DNA from: Diplonema japonicum
Taxonomy: Eukaryota; Protista; Euglenozoa: Diplonemea
NCBI GenBank assembly: GCA_964019335.1
Contig: OZ025681.1
Coordinates: 496,001 to 560,000 of the forward strand
DNA: 64,000 bases
Direction: 5' to 3'
In this document: positions 53,738 to 64,000 of the stretch, in pieces
Numbering within the stretch: the first letter of the stretch is position 1
How the letters are laid out: the number at the start of each line of letters is the position of its first letter
The notes under the pieces: generated by a model
What the model was told of the DNA's origin: nothing
Databases searched by the model: none
The model's input: only the letters and a program-made list of their open reading frames with translations
Made by a program: the position numbers and the translations under genes

Positions 53738-56700
53738 TCAATTTAGATAAATGGCATCGCATGGCGCGCTGGGCACGGCACACATAGGGGGCTGTGACCC
53801 GGAGCCACCCGTCTCTGTGGAGTTGGGGAGCATGATGGACTGCCTTCGTGACGTCGATTGTTGCGAGTACCTGCGGTGCGTAAATGGGGCAGAGGGCACC
53901 TGCTCTTGCTCGCTGGGGGAAAGCACTGCGCCGGCAGCAGGATCCACAACATCAGCAGGATTCACGACTCTAGCAGAATCTGCGATTTCACCGTTCAAAA
54001 CGACTGTTGGGTTAGCTTCTTGCTCCTCCACGTCAAGCTGCATCTTGACTGCCCTCTCCAGTCCTTCGTGCACCACCAGTGGGTTCGGGACGTCCTCTTC
54101 GTCTTCATTCTCCTCTTCCAGCGTCTTCGCCTTCTTCTTCATTTGCATTTTGCACATCATCACCACAAACAGCACCACAATAACAGCCCCCGCGACAAGC
54201 ATGATGTAGGAGAGTGGGATGGGCATCGCAGACGAGCTCCCCGTGCTGCAGGGCGGCTCGATCTCGCCCTCGAAGTCGTTCTGCAGGATGCCGTGCACAT
54301 TGGCACACCCCTTCGCCTCCTCCACCTCCGCCACCTCTGGGAACACCGCCACCGTCGTGCTCCCGCTGCTGTCGACCGTCTCGTTGCAGCACGCCACCTT
54401 CCACCCCTTTTGTTCAAACAAAGCACGCTGCTCGCTGCAGGACACCCCCCGCACCTTCACCTGGAAGTTCCCGCAGGTGTTCGCCGGAGACGGCTCAGAA
54501 GTGGTGGGCTCGGGTGTCTCAGGGGCGATGGTAGGGGCGATGGTCTCAGGAACAGGCGCTGAGGTGTCAGGTGCTGGTGTCGCGGGTGCAGGAGTGTCGG
54601 GGGCTGGTGTCTTGGGTGCTTGAGTATCAGGTGCCGTCGTGTCGGGAGCAGAGGTGTCTGGTGGAAAGGTCTTCCCAGCCGGAAGAGGGGTAGGTGCCAT
54701 CGTATCAGGAGCAGGCGTGCTGGGTGCAGGTGTTTCGGGGGCAGAGGAGTCTGGTGGAAAGGTCTTCCCAGCCGGAAGAAGGGTAGGTGCAAGGGTGTCA
54801 GGTGCTGGTGTCTCGGGTGCTTGAGTATCAGGTGCCGTCGTGTCGGGAGCAGAGGTGTCAGGTGGAAAGGTCTTCCCAGCCGGAAGAGGGGTAGGTGCAA
54901 GGGTGTCGGGTGCTGGTGTCGCGGGTGCCGGAGTGTCAGGGGCTGGTGTCTTGGGTGCTTGAGTATCAGGTGCCGTCGTGTCAGGAGCAGAGGTGTCAGG
55001 TGGAAAGGTCTTCCCAGCCGGAAGAGGGGTAGGAGCAAGAGTGTCAGGGGCTGGTGTCGCAGGTGCCTTCGTGTCGGGGGCAGGTGTCTCTGGTGCTTGA
55101 GTATCAGGTGCTGGTGTGTCAGGAGCAGAGGTGTCTGGTGGAAAGGTCTTCCCAGCTGGAAGAGGGGTAGGTGCAAGGGTGTCGGGTACTGGTGTGTCAG
55201 GAGCAGATGTGTCGGGTACTGGTGTGTCGGGAGCTGTTTTTTTTTTTTTTTTTTTCTTCCCGTCAAACACAATATGGTTAAAAGTGTAGTAAAGGAAGGC
55301 TGGCACAAAAGTATTAATATGCTTGAACCCTTTTTATAAAGGAAAAGTGTAAAGGATGGCTGGCACAAGAATGCCCTGAAGGGTAATGTCCATAAGTAAA
55401 ATGTTCAGAAAAGAAGCTTTGCAGATCGACTCCCTCCGAGTTATCTTACAATAGTTATAAAGGAAGATGAAATCATGACACACCTTTCGTATCTGGTGCA
55501 GAAGTAGGCTCCGAAGTATCAGGGGCTGGGGTATCAGGGGAACTTGTTGGTTCCGCCGTCATGGGAGCAGGTGTGTCAGGTGCTGGTGTGTCGGGGGCAA
55601 GCGTATCAGGGGCAGTTGTGTCAGGAGCAAGAGTGGGCTCTGCAGTGGGCGGAGCTGGCGTATCTGGTGATGAAGTTGGCTCTGCTGTGTCAGGGGCGGG
55701 TGTGTCAGGAGATGATGTGTCAGGGGCCTGCGTATCAGGAGCAGTTGTGTCAGGAGCTGAAGTTGGTTCTGCCGTGTCAGGTGCAGGTGTGGCAGGGGAT
55801 GGTGTGTCAGGAGCGGGTGTAAATGGGGCGGGCGTCTCAGGAGCAGGAGTGTCAGGAGCTGAAGTTGGCTCTGCCGTATCAGGTGCAGGTGTATCAGGGA
55901 ATGGTGTGTCCGGAGCAGGTGTGTCAGGAGCAGTTGTATCAGGAGCTGAAGTTGGCTCTGCCGTATCAGGTGCAGGTGTGTCAGGGAATGGCGTGTCGGG
56001 GGCGGGCGTATCAGGAGCGGGTGTGTCAGGAGCTGAAGTTGGTTCTGCCGTATCAGGAGCAGATGTGTCAGGGAATGGTGTGTCAGGGGCGGGTGTGTCA
56101 GGAGCAGCTGTGTCAGGAGCTGAAGTTGGCTCTGCCGTGTCAGGTGCAGTTGTGTCAGGTGCAGGTGTGTCAGGGGCAGGCGTATCAGGAGCAGGTGTAT
56201 CAGGAGCTGAAGTTGGCTCTGCCGTGTCAGGAGCGGGTGTATCAGGAGCAGATGTGTCAGGTGCAGGTGTGTCAGGAGCAGGTGTGTCTGGGGCTGGTGT
56301 ATCAGGAGCGGGTGTATCAGGGGCTGGGGTATCAGGAGCAGGTGTAGCAGGGAATGGTGTGTCCGGAGCAGGTGTATCAGGAGCAGGTGTGTCGGGGGCT
56401 GAAGTAGGCTCAGCCGTATCAGGTGCAGGTGTATCCGGAGCACTCGTGTCAGGCGCTGCAGTCGGTTCGGCTGTAGGTGGCGCCTGTGTGTCTGGTGCTG
56501 AAGTGGGTTCAGCTGTAGGGGGTGCAGGAGTAGCGGGAGCAGGTGTGCTTGGCGCGACTGTTGGCACGGCCGTCGGGGGTGCAGGGGTATCTGGAGCGGG
56601 CGTAAGAGGTGCTGGCGTGTCGGGAGCAGGAGTATCGGGAGCAGGAGTATCGGGTGCAGGGGTGTTAATCGTAAACCACAACTTGACCCTGTCGGTCTTG

Positions 56701-57077
56701 CAGCACTTTAGCCACTTGGAGCCATCAATGTAGAACTGTTTCCAGACCCCACTCGCCACGTCCTCGACCCAAATGGTCTCGACGCGGAGGCCATCGGCCC
56801 CCAAGGCGACCAGCTTGACGCTGTAGATCTCATCGATGGTATAGGGGCACCCGAACACGTCATGTGTCTGCGTTTCGCCTGCCGCGATGTCCCCGATGGT
56901 GGACCAGTACCACGAGGGCTCGTTCCACTTCCTTAAGTACACCTTGAAGTTGTCCTTCGTGCCTGAGTACTGATTAACACTAATGTTGATGCGGAATCTG
57001 AGAGGCGGCGGGGTTGTCGCTGTGGAAGAAGCAATGATCAGGAGCAGGGTGTAGACAGCAAGGAAGCAGCGTGACAT
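53738..57077 (-). CDS. Paralogous PLAT-mucin surface protein; two exons, 57077-55484 and 55233-53738
   Basis: The ORF-track pieces join in frame (AAA G|CT CCC = K-A-P) through a GT-AG intron; same architecture as the 48580 gene. Confidence 0.88.
55234..55483 (-). other. Predicted 250-nt GT-AG cis-intron with A-rich acceptor
   Basis: Donor GTGTGT; acceptor ~A19-CAG; phase 1; restores the repeat unit. Confidence 0.85.
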
Positions 57078-57704
57078 TTTATTTTATAAAACGCTGTGCC
57101 CCCCTCCCCCTCCCCGACCTTTGTTGTTGAATAGGATACACCCCACATCTGCAGCAGAGCTCGTTTTGCCAGGTCACGCGGAATTTTAAATGTGACTTGG
57201 TTTTAGTGGGCCATGCAGTATGTGACACAGCGGACTCCCGTGTCTGAAGCTTCGCCCTGAAGCCTCCGAAGTCTGTGGTCCCGTAGAACGTAAAAGTGAA
57301 GTGGCAAAGAAAGCTGAGCTTTGAAACAGGGAGGGCAAAGAAAGAAGCAATGAACATCAACTGGAGTATGCCGTGGGAGGTATGCTTCACAAGCACAAGC
57401 CTGGTGGAACTACCATGTAATGGACTCTCCGTTGAGGGCAGTGCCAACCGGTCTCCACCCCGTTGAGGTTTCTACGTGTACGGCTTAAGAACGAGAGTTT
57501 CCCCCCCAAACCACAATTACAAGGAAACCACCACTGGGTGGTCCCCCCTAAAATTAAAAAAGAATTCTTTCAAGAAAAAATGAATAAAAAAAGTCAATGT
57601 GTGTCGCGTGAAGATGGTGAGGCTAGGTGCCTGATGAGAAGATAGGTCAACCGAACGACGGGACATGGTTGGTCTTTTTCTTTTTTTTTTTTTTTTTTTA
57701 ACTC

Positions 57705-60200
57705 TTACTCGAACATGCCAGCAGCCATGGTGCCTGCAGCTTGGGCGATCATTGTGGGCGGGGCGGAGCTGAGCCACGCCATGGGGTAGAGGACCAGATG
57801 CCCAGTGATGGATTTCAAAAGACTGTCGTCGTTGGGGGGCTTGGTTTGAAGACGTTGAGCTTCTTCGAGGGTCGTGACCTCCGAGTTCGGTGCTGCAGGG
57901 AAAACCTTGGTGTAGGCGTGGGTGTTTTTGGTGGAGGTGGACCAAATGAGGTCCCAAACCTCGCGAGAAGTGGGATTTTCCACACGATCATCAGGAACAC
58001 CCAGATGCTCTGTCCACAGACGCACCCGAAGCTCCTTCACACTATGTGCAGATGGCGATCCATCAATCAGAACAGCAAGCTCGCTGTCACGGTCTCCAAG
58101 GAAAGACCTGTCATTGATGTTGGCACTCCCCAAGATGAACCGGGTGTCATCGACAATGATGAACTTCGAGTGGATATAAATAGGTGAAAACGTCGCCTTT
58201 TTATTCTCCGGAGAATGCCCGTACTGCTGCAGGCACCCTACGAACAGGTAGTTGTCGACCTCTTCTTGCGACCCGAGCTGCTTCGTCAGCATCGCCACCA
58301 TGCGGAGGAGCGTCTGGTTCTGAAAGTACAAGATCGATCGGATGAACTGGTCCGTGACGGGGTCGCCTTCTCCATGGGGTTGAAGCAGCAGAAAAACCTT
58401 AAACGACAGCTGGTCCTTCCAGGACTTGACGATACGGTTGACCAATGCTTGCGCAACGCCGTTTGTAATTTCAGGGCCGTAGACACCGGAGATGAAGTAT
58501 TGGTTTTCGATGTATATGTAGGACTGGGCACTGTCGATGAGTTCGATGTACTTTGCGTGGATGCTTTTCTCCGGGGCGCCTGAGTTCCCCGACCAGAGCC
58601 CGAGGGATCGGCAGACAGTTGCTTTGACGGTATCGCGGTGGTCTTCTATTTTCTGCAGGTTTTTCTTGTCGTACAAAACACGCACGTCTGGTGTGATAAA
58701 GATGTTCTCTGTAGTCCGCTTCACATGGTGGTGCCAACGCTGCACGAAGTTCAACCCTACTACGTAGGCAAGGCGGCCTTTGAGACGCAGGTGTAAGTCG
58801 TGCCAAGGGAGCCTGTGCGTTGTTCGTTTGTTCAACGCGGAGACAAATGGTGTTTTCGTCTGCGTAACGGCGTCGTCGGCTAGAAGAACGGGGTTCCTGT
58901 AGTCGAGCCCAGGGAACAGTTCTCCCCCATCGCCAGCATCGTAAAGAGGATGTTCCTGCGTGTCGAAGCGTCCGTAGCAAGGGTCCAACCCGCCTATGAA
59001 CAGAACCTTCCAATCGATGACCGTGAACTTTTGGTGGTGAGTGAACTGCAGCGGCCCACGGTGCCGGACAACCTTGATGTTCGGGTGCAGCGACTCAAGA
59101 TACGTCTTAGTGTGCAGCGATGTCAAAGCCGTCGCCCGTCCTATCTCTTGATACAGCAGAATGTATATTTTAACACCCTCATAAGCCTTCTTGTGAAGCA
59201 GATTGTCTAACCTGCAATTCTGATCGATTGTGCAGTCGCCCTTTTTCCGTTTCAGGTATATGTAAGGTGACATCCACCATGCTGCCATTAGGACTTCCTT
59301 CTCGGCTTGGAGGAGTTCGTTGGCAAGCTCTGGGAAGAATTGTTCGCCGTCGATAAAAAACTTCCCGAGGCCAGGGTGCGTGGTTGCGCCGTAGGGACGG
59401 GAGGCGACATGGCACGCTTTGATGGCTGCGGTGGCTGCGGGGTACTCCTTCGGGGGGATTTTTAACTTCAACGGGCGGTCGCTGTTGAGCGTTGAGATCC
59501 TGATGATGAATTCTTGATTGCTGAACGAAAGCTCACTTATTTCAAGTAACACCAACGTGAAGACAGGCGGTGCCTCAATGAGCTCATCCCACGACATGAG
59601 ATTCTTCGAACTGCTGCTTGAAATGAATGGGGACAGCACTCTCTCCGCTGTGGTTGGTTTCCCAGCTTTGTACAGACTGAAGAACCCCCACTCTTCCCGA
59701 ATGGCGAAGATGTATGACCCCTCTGCTAATCTTGCTGATTTGCATTCGTACCTCTCCACCGTGTTCAGCGTGCAAATGAAATTCGTTTTTCGTTTTGTTT
59801 TCGGGATGGCCACCTCGGGGTGTTCTCCTTTCGGTTTCAACGCCAGTGCCCTTCTCACGTCATCCCGCTTCTCGTCCGACAGCATGGCGAAGGTGTTTAT
59901 GATTAGGTTTTTTTTCTTGAGCTCGTTCCACCCAGCGACGTCTTCCAAGAACTTCATGTAGGCCTCCACATCGGGCACCATCTCCTTCCTCTCCTTTTTT
60001 TTCTTCTTGCTTTTCTTCTCCCTGCTCTTGCTTCTCCTTCGTTTTTCCTTTTTTTCCTTCACACCGTGAGCAGGCGACGGCGCTGGTGACGTGCCCCCTG
60101 TCCCATGCACGGGGTACTGCATTGCAGCCATGTTCATATTCATATTCACATTTCCAAAACTGGGGCCATATGAGGGGTACCCTCCCCAGGATGGGTTCAT
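57705..60200 (-). CDS. PLD: Phospholipase D (eukaryotic PLD1/PLD-zeta type), 831 aa
   Basis: Two HKD motifs (HHQKFTVID, HSKFIIVD); GGLDPCYGRFD; PWHD; IYIENQYF; GSANINDRS. Confidence 0.95.
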   Translation of the reverse strand: MNPSWGGYPSYGPSFGNVNMNMNMAAMQYPVHGTGGTSPAPSPAHGVKEKKEKRRRSKSREKKSKKKKKERKEMVPDVEAYMKFLEDVAGWNELKKKNLIINTFAMLSDEKRDDVRRALALKPKGEHPEVAIPKTKRKTNFICTLNTVERYECKSARLAEGSYIFAIREEWGFFSLYKAGKPTTAERVLSPFISSSSSKNLMSWDELIEAPPVFTLVLLEISELSFSNQEFIIRISTLNSDRPLKLKIPPKEYPAATAAIKACHVASRPYGATTHPGLGKFFIDGEQFFPELANELLQAEKEVLMAAWWMSPYIYLKRKKGDCTIDQNCRLDNLLHKKAYEGVKIYILLYQEIGRATALTSLHTKTYLESLHPNIKVVRHRGPLQFTHHQKFTVIDWKVLFIGGLDPCYGRFDTQEHPLYDAGDGGELFPGLDYRNPVLLADDAVTQTKTPFVSALNKRTTHRLPWHDLHLRLKGRLAYVVGLNFVQRWHHHVKRTTENIFITPDVRVLYDKKNLQKIEDHRDTVKATVCRSLGLWSGNSGAPEKSIHAKYIELIDSAQSYIYIENQYFISGVYGPEITNGVAQALVNRIVKSWKDQLSFKVFLLLQPHGEGDPVTDQFIRSILYFQNQTLLRMVAMLTKQLGSQEEVDNYLFVGCLQQYGHSPENKKATFSPIYIHSKFIIVDDTRFILGSANINDRSFLGDRDSELAVLIDGSPSAHSVKELRVRLWTEHLGVPDDRVENPTSREVWDLIWSTSTKNTHAYTKVFPAAPNSEVTTLEEAQRLQTKPPNDDSLLKSITGHLVLYPMAWLSSAPPTMIAQAAGTMAAGMFE

Positions 60201-60316
60201 TTTCTTTTTTTTTTTTTTTTTTTTTTTTACACTGAATGTCTGATATATAATCTTTAAAAAAAATGAGGGCGATCAGACGACTCTTCTTCTTTTTTTTTTT
60301 ACCCCCTTCATTCTCA

Positions 60317-61297
60317 TCAAGCGAAGTAAAACGGCCGCCGCCGCAAGCCCTCCGACTCGGGTATTTCCCGATATTCGAGTATTTCCAACGCTGAAAAATT
60401 TGTTAGGTGTGAAAGCAGCTCCGAGGTGTGCTGGTTGCCCCACGCAAGCTTCCCCATTGTCGTGTCGAAGCTCTCTGTGTCCACGACTAGGGTGGGAGCG
60501 CCGTTGATGGTGAGGCACGAAGCTTGAGAAACTTCGGAACAATAAGAAGAGAAGAAAGAGGCGAAGATCGCTTCCGTTTCCCTGATGAGAAGGGAGTCGG
60601 TGTCGTTCTCCACAATCGCCTTAATATGCAACGGGACGAGGGAGAATTCAAAATCGGAGAACGGATTGATGATGGTTTGTAGTTTAGAAGACAGTGCGGC
60701 ATCATCAAGCATGCATATGGAGAGCGCGTCCTGCCCGTTCTGCCATGTCCCTTGAAACTCCGATAAAAGCTGGGTTTGATGGCCTTCCTGTATAGTCTCA
60801 ATGACCCCAGGTGAGGTTTCAATGACAGGGTTGTTGAAGCTTGATTTGTATTTTTTTGTGAACTCGCCGGCAAAATCACTGCACCTTTCCAATGACGTGA
60901 AGTAGCACATGACCCTGACACCGCCCATGTCGAACAACTGTGGTGATGGAACTCCGTCTGATTCGTCTTCCGATACTAAAAACACGATTTCTGAACGTGT
61001 TAGGTGTCCGTATACTTTCTTGCGTAACATCCACGGGTCGCACGAGGCGGGAAACCCCTCCTCTACCCCTTCCAGTCTCCCTTGCCGACTTTCTTTCATT
61101 CTGTCTATCTTCCCGCTGTGTCTTTTTTGCACCTTCAGCCATGCGTCAATGTCCTCCTCTAGTTGATTCCCGTCTGGGGGTTGTTCTTGCGTGTACCCGG
61201 GTTCCTCGGGTGCTGCCCCGCCCCCTTGCTTCTTGTACATCCCTGCTATGCTCTTCCCCAATGTTAGCTTCCGAAGGCAGGCCGTTCTGCATAACAT
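60317..61297 (-). CDS. SseB/SseB_C-like protein with a putative mitochondrial presequence, 326 aa
   Basis: MLCRTACLRKL N-terminus; YFTSLER and IINPFS motifs typical of SseB N-domains. Confidence 0.65.
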   Translation of the reverse strand: MLCRTACLRKLTLGKSIAGMYKKQGGGAAPEEPGYTQEQPPDGNQLEEDIDAWLKVQKRHSGKIDRMKESRQGRLEGVEEGFPASCDPWMLRKKVYGHLTRSEIVFLVSEDESDGVPSPQLFDMGGVRVMCYFTSLERCSDFAGEFTKKYKSSFNNPVIETSPGVIETIQEGHQTQLLSEFQGTWQNGQDALSICMLDDAALSSKLQTIINPFSDFEFSLVPLHIKAIVENDTDSLLIRETEAIFASFFSSYCSEVSQASCLTINGAPTLVVDTESFDTTMGKLAWGNQHTSELLSHLTNFSALEILEYREIPESEGLRRRPFYFA

Positions 61298-61439
61298 CCT
61301 CTCCTCACCTCCCCCCTTCTTTGTACATAAGTATAAACAAACAAAAAAAAGAAAAAGAAGAGAAAGTGTTAACTTATTTAAAGGGAAAAAAAAAACCCCC
61401 CCCTCACTCAATTTTTTTACCCACTTTTTTTACCCCGTG

Positions 61440-62441
61440 TCACCCCGGTGGAACAGCTCCTTTTTGTTTGCCCCAGGAGTAGAGCACGGCCCCGATGGTT
61501 ATGGCGAGCATTCCCAATGCTTCGGATGTGTAGAACGCTTCGGAGAAGACCGCGACTGCTGTGAAGACGACAAGAGCTTCCTTCAGCTGCCCGGCGATGG
61601 AGAGAGAGAGGGCGGAACCAATGTTAACCACCTGCGCCTCGGAGAGAAAGAGAAGAAAGGCACAGAGCGCCCCTGCAAGGACAGTGGGAACAATACACGC
61701 AGCAGAGTCGGTGGTGTGTAAACGGGGGTCGGCAGCTGCAGCAGGAAGCTCATCCGACATCACCAGTAGGACCAAAGACATCAAGAACGCGCTCGGCGAT
61801 GAATAGAGAAGGATCTCCACAGGGGACAATCGCTCCTCCTTGGACTTCAACAGGATCTCTGCCAAGACCCACCGGACGGCCGCGAAGAAGCTCGCAGTCA
61901 GCACCATACCCACGCCAACCAGCGATGGAAACCCCCCCGACAGCTTGTGGTAAAAGCACAACGCGATCCCCCCTGTTACCGTCACGACAGCAAGTGCTGT
62001 GAGGGTGTTCACCACACCAACCCCTGTGTATATGCTGAGCAGGAATGTAAACGGCAGAGATGATGCTTTCAAGAGATTCGTCAGTGAAACTTCTGCACAG
62101 CAGGACACGGCCCAGTTCGTCAGGCATATGTCGCCACCTGCAGCAAGGCCTACAACACTGGCAAGCCTGAACCTGCTCCATACCAGCGGGTGGCCTATGC
62201 GCCTTAAGTACAGGTAGGCTAGAAAGCCTTTTAGAAGGATGTGGCACGCAGCTATCGTGTTCGGGTACACCAGCCCACCGCACATCACAGTGAAGGTCAA
62301 CTTATTGAACACGTTGAGAGCCGTGCTCGTTCCGTACCATATGAGGCACCACAGAACCAACATGGACCTCAGCTGCAGCGCGTTAGCCGCCATAATAGCC
62401 ACGATGATAAGGCATGCTATGATGCGGAGGTCATCGAGCAT
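61440..62441 (-). CDS. Triose-phosphate / nucleotide-sugar transporter family protein (SLC35C2-like), 333 aa
   Basis: About 10 TM segments; LNVFNK, DICLTN, LLKASS, AAVRWVLAE, SIAGQLKE motifs. Confidence 0.88.
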   Translation of the reverse strand: MLDDLRIIACLIIVAIMAANALQLRSMLVLWCLIWYGTSTALNVFNKLTFTVMCGGLVYPNTIAACHILLKGFLAYLYLRRIGHPLVWSRFRLASVVGLAAGGDICLTNWAVSCCAEVSLTNLLKASSLPFTFLLSIYTGVGVVNTLTALAVVTVTGGIALCFYHKLSGGFPSLVGVGMVLTASFFAAVRWVLAEILLKSKEERLSPVEILLYSSPSAFLMSLVLLVMSDELPAAAADPRLHTTDSAACIVPTVLAGALCAFLLFLSEAQVVNIGSALSLSIAGQLKEALVVFTAVAVFSEAFYTSEALGMLAITIGAVLYSWGKQKGAVPPG

Positions 62442-62550
62442 GGGAAGGGGTGGTGGAAGCCTTTTTTTTTTTTTTTTTTTTTTTTCTTTTTTTTCTTCTT
62501 TTCCCGTCCGAAAAACTGTGCAGAGGAGGGGGGGGGGGGGGGGGGGGGGG

Positions 62551-63330
62551 GAATTCACTATGATAGGAACGAAGTGGTTAGCAACGGCCCGCCGCGGTGT
62601 ACCTTATGATGCTCCCCTTTTGGGGTCGTTCCCTGCTACCCACCGTAGTGCCTAGCTGTCGTTTATATCTTCCAATCCTTTCTTTCCGGTAATCTTCTCT
62701 AAGTCCTTTCAGCTTGGTCGCCGTCAGCCCGATGCAAACAGGGCCCTCCTATCAAAGCGGCCAATGGATCGTAGTGATCTCACCTTCTTGCATGGCTGGC
62801 CGGAAAAGCGCGTCCTCCTCTTCTCCCTCATCCATGTCGCTTGCAGCGTATCCAGGATCCGCTTGATCCTCACCGCCTTCTTGCCGACGTCTATCGTCGT
62901 GTTGACATTGACCCCCAACGTCTTCTTCGTGTAGCATTCGAGCATTCAAGTCAATCGCCAGCTCGATCGCCGACACGGACGTTCCCTCCTCCAGTAGCTC
63001 CTGTAAAAAGTGTGAGTCGAGGGAGCACTAAGAAGCCAAGGTGCTCGAATTACCAAGCAAGACTGTCATGCGAAACTGCACCATCTTCTCTCTCGCTCTC
63101 GTTGCGGCATTGGGATGACGCACAAGGCTCGCACTACCCTTGCAGTATTCAAAAGAGGAGGCTCAAGGCCTCAGAAGTGCCAGGCACGAAATACTGTTCT
63201 AAGTTCACTCCTTTTATCCTCGGCAACCGGGTGAAAGTCTGATGGCCGTATGCTCTCTTCGTTCCTATTTTGAGACGGAGGATATGCGCAGTGCAACACT
63301 TCTTGTACACGGGTTGCTGAAGGGACGATG
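62551..63330 (-). pseudogene. Degenerate 3' remnant of a related LINE
   Basis: SVSAIELAIDL...RIKRILDTL...KKVRSLRSIG aligns with the ORF2 C-terminus QVSKAELAVDF...KIGRILNVL...KKSVHSLRTLG; stops and frameshifts; 5' boundary approximate. Confidence 0.7.
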
Positions 63331-64000
63331 GAAAGAATAAAAAAGGGGGTAAGTGGGAGTGGGAATGAGTGGCGGGCTGGGTGGAGTGATGAACAAAAAA
63401 CAAAAAAGAAATTTAAATCTCTCTCTCCCCCCCCCCCCCCCCCCCCCGTAGTTGTTCTTTTTTTTATTTGGGTAAAACAACGTTTTTTCAGTAAAACTAT
63501 CTCTTTTTCTTTTTTCTTTTTTTCTTCTTCTTCCCGGGAGTAACAGAAGTCGTTTTTCTCCACTGTTTACCTTTTTAAAAAAAAGGGTTTTTTTTTTTGA
63601 TTTTTCTTAAGTTACAAGTTTTAGTTCCAAAGTGACTGATAATCACAAGTAAATTGGAGTTAGAAAAACGGTGGGGAGCAAACCTTCCAGCTGAGAAGAA
63701 GCGTAGCTACTGAAAGAATGGTGGGTTCCGAACTTCCCAAATATCCCCCCCCCCCCCCCACAAGAAAAGAGTTACTGAAAACGTTGATTTACCCCCTTTT
63801 TATTATGATCTCACAAAAAAGAAGAAAGAAAGAAAAAAGCAGAATCCACATGGAAAGTGAGGTGAGTTTGTTCCGGAGCATACACAACTTACTATCGTAA
63901 TTGCTCTGGAAAATAAGGTTCACCAGCCTTTCGTGTTTCATTTGCTTGTTTGAATCAATATGAGAAAAAGCAAGTAACAACGGAAGAGAGGGGAAAAGAG

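Noticed and set aside
49215-56733. Long overlapping or antisense ORFs (GVSGA-, HLLLT- and CQELKL-rich)
   Set aside because: Shadow frames of the PDTPA repeat coding sequence
57079-57447. 122-aa ORF between PLD and the PLAT-mucin
   Set aside because: Non-ATG start and no recognisable motifs; probably UTR
57631-57660. CTGATGA hammerhead-like core (also 29680, 3889)
   Set aside because: No stem II plus GAAA, and no flanking stems

Overview
Eukaryotic genomic DNA, very likely from a diplonemid (Euglenozoa): a near-perfect diplonemid-type spliced-leader (SL) exon is present at 47374-47412 and there are PDTPA-repeat surface proteins. All 15 credible host genes lie on the minus strand, as in a directional, polycistronic-type cluster. 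They are two CHC2+CCCH zinc-finger paralogs, a SAM+discoidin protein, an amastin/claudin-like protein, two GT92-like+PAN glycosyltransferases, two type-I membrane paralogs, a CCCH-WWE protein, an ATP-grasp ligase, two PLAT-mucins, phospholipase D, an SseB-like protein and an SLC35/TPT transporter. Homopolymer-rich spacers separate them, and I infer two GT-AG introns. The spacers hold several TIR DNA elements and a set of sense-oriented retroposons sitting in pyrimidine tracts. Two highlights stand out. (1) A ~6.35 kb APE-RT LINE begins with a copy of the SL exon lacking its first 3 nt; its ORF1 and ORF2 are separated only by one in-frame UGA, and a 2A-like peptide precedes the endonuclease. 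(2) A ~325 bp SINE family has a 5' end that folds into a complete HDV-like self-cleaving ribozyme and carries alternative 3' tails. Family names come from motif recognition by eye; no database searches were run.
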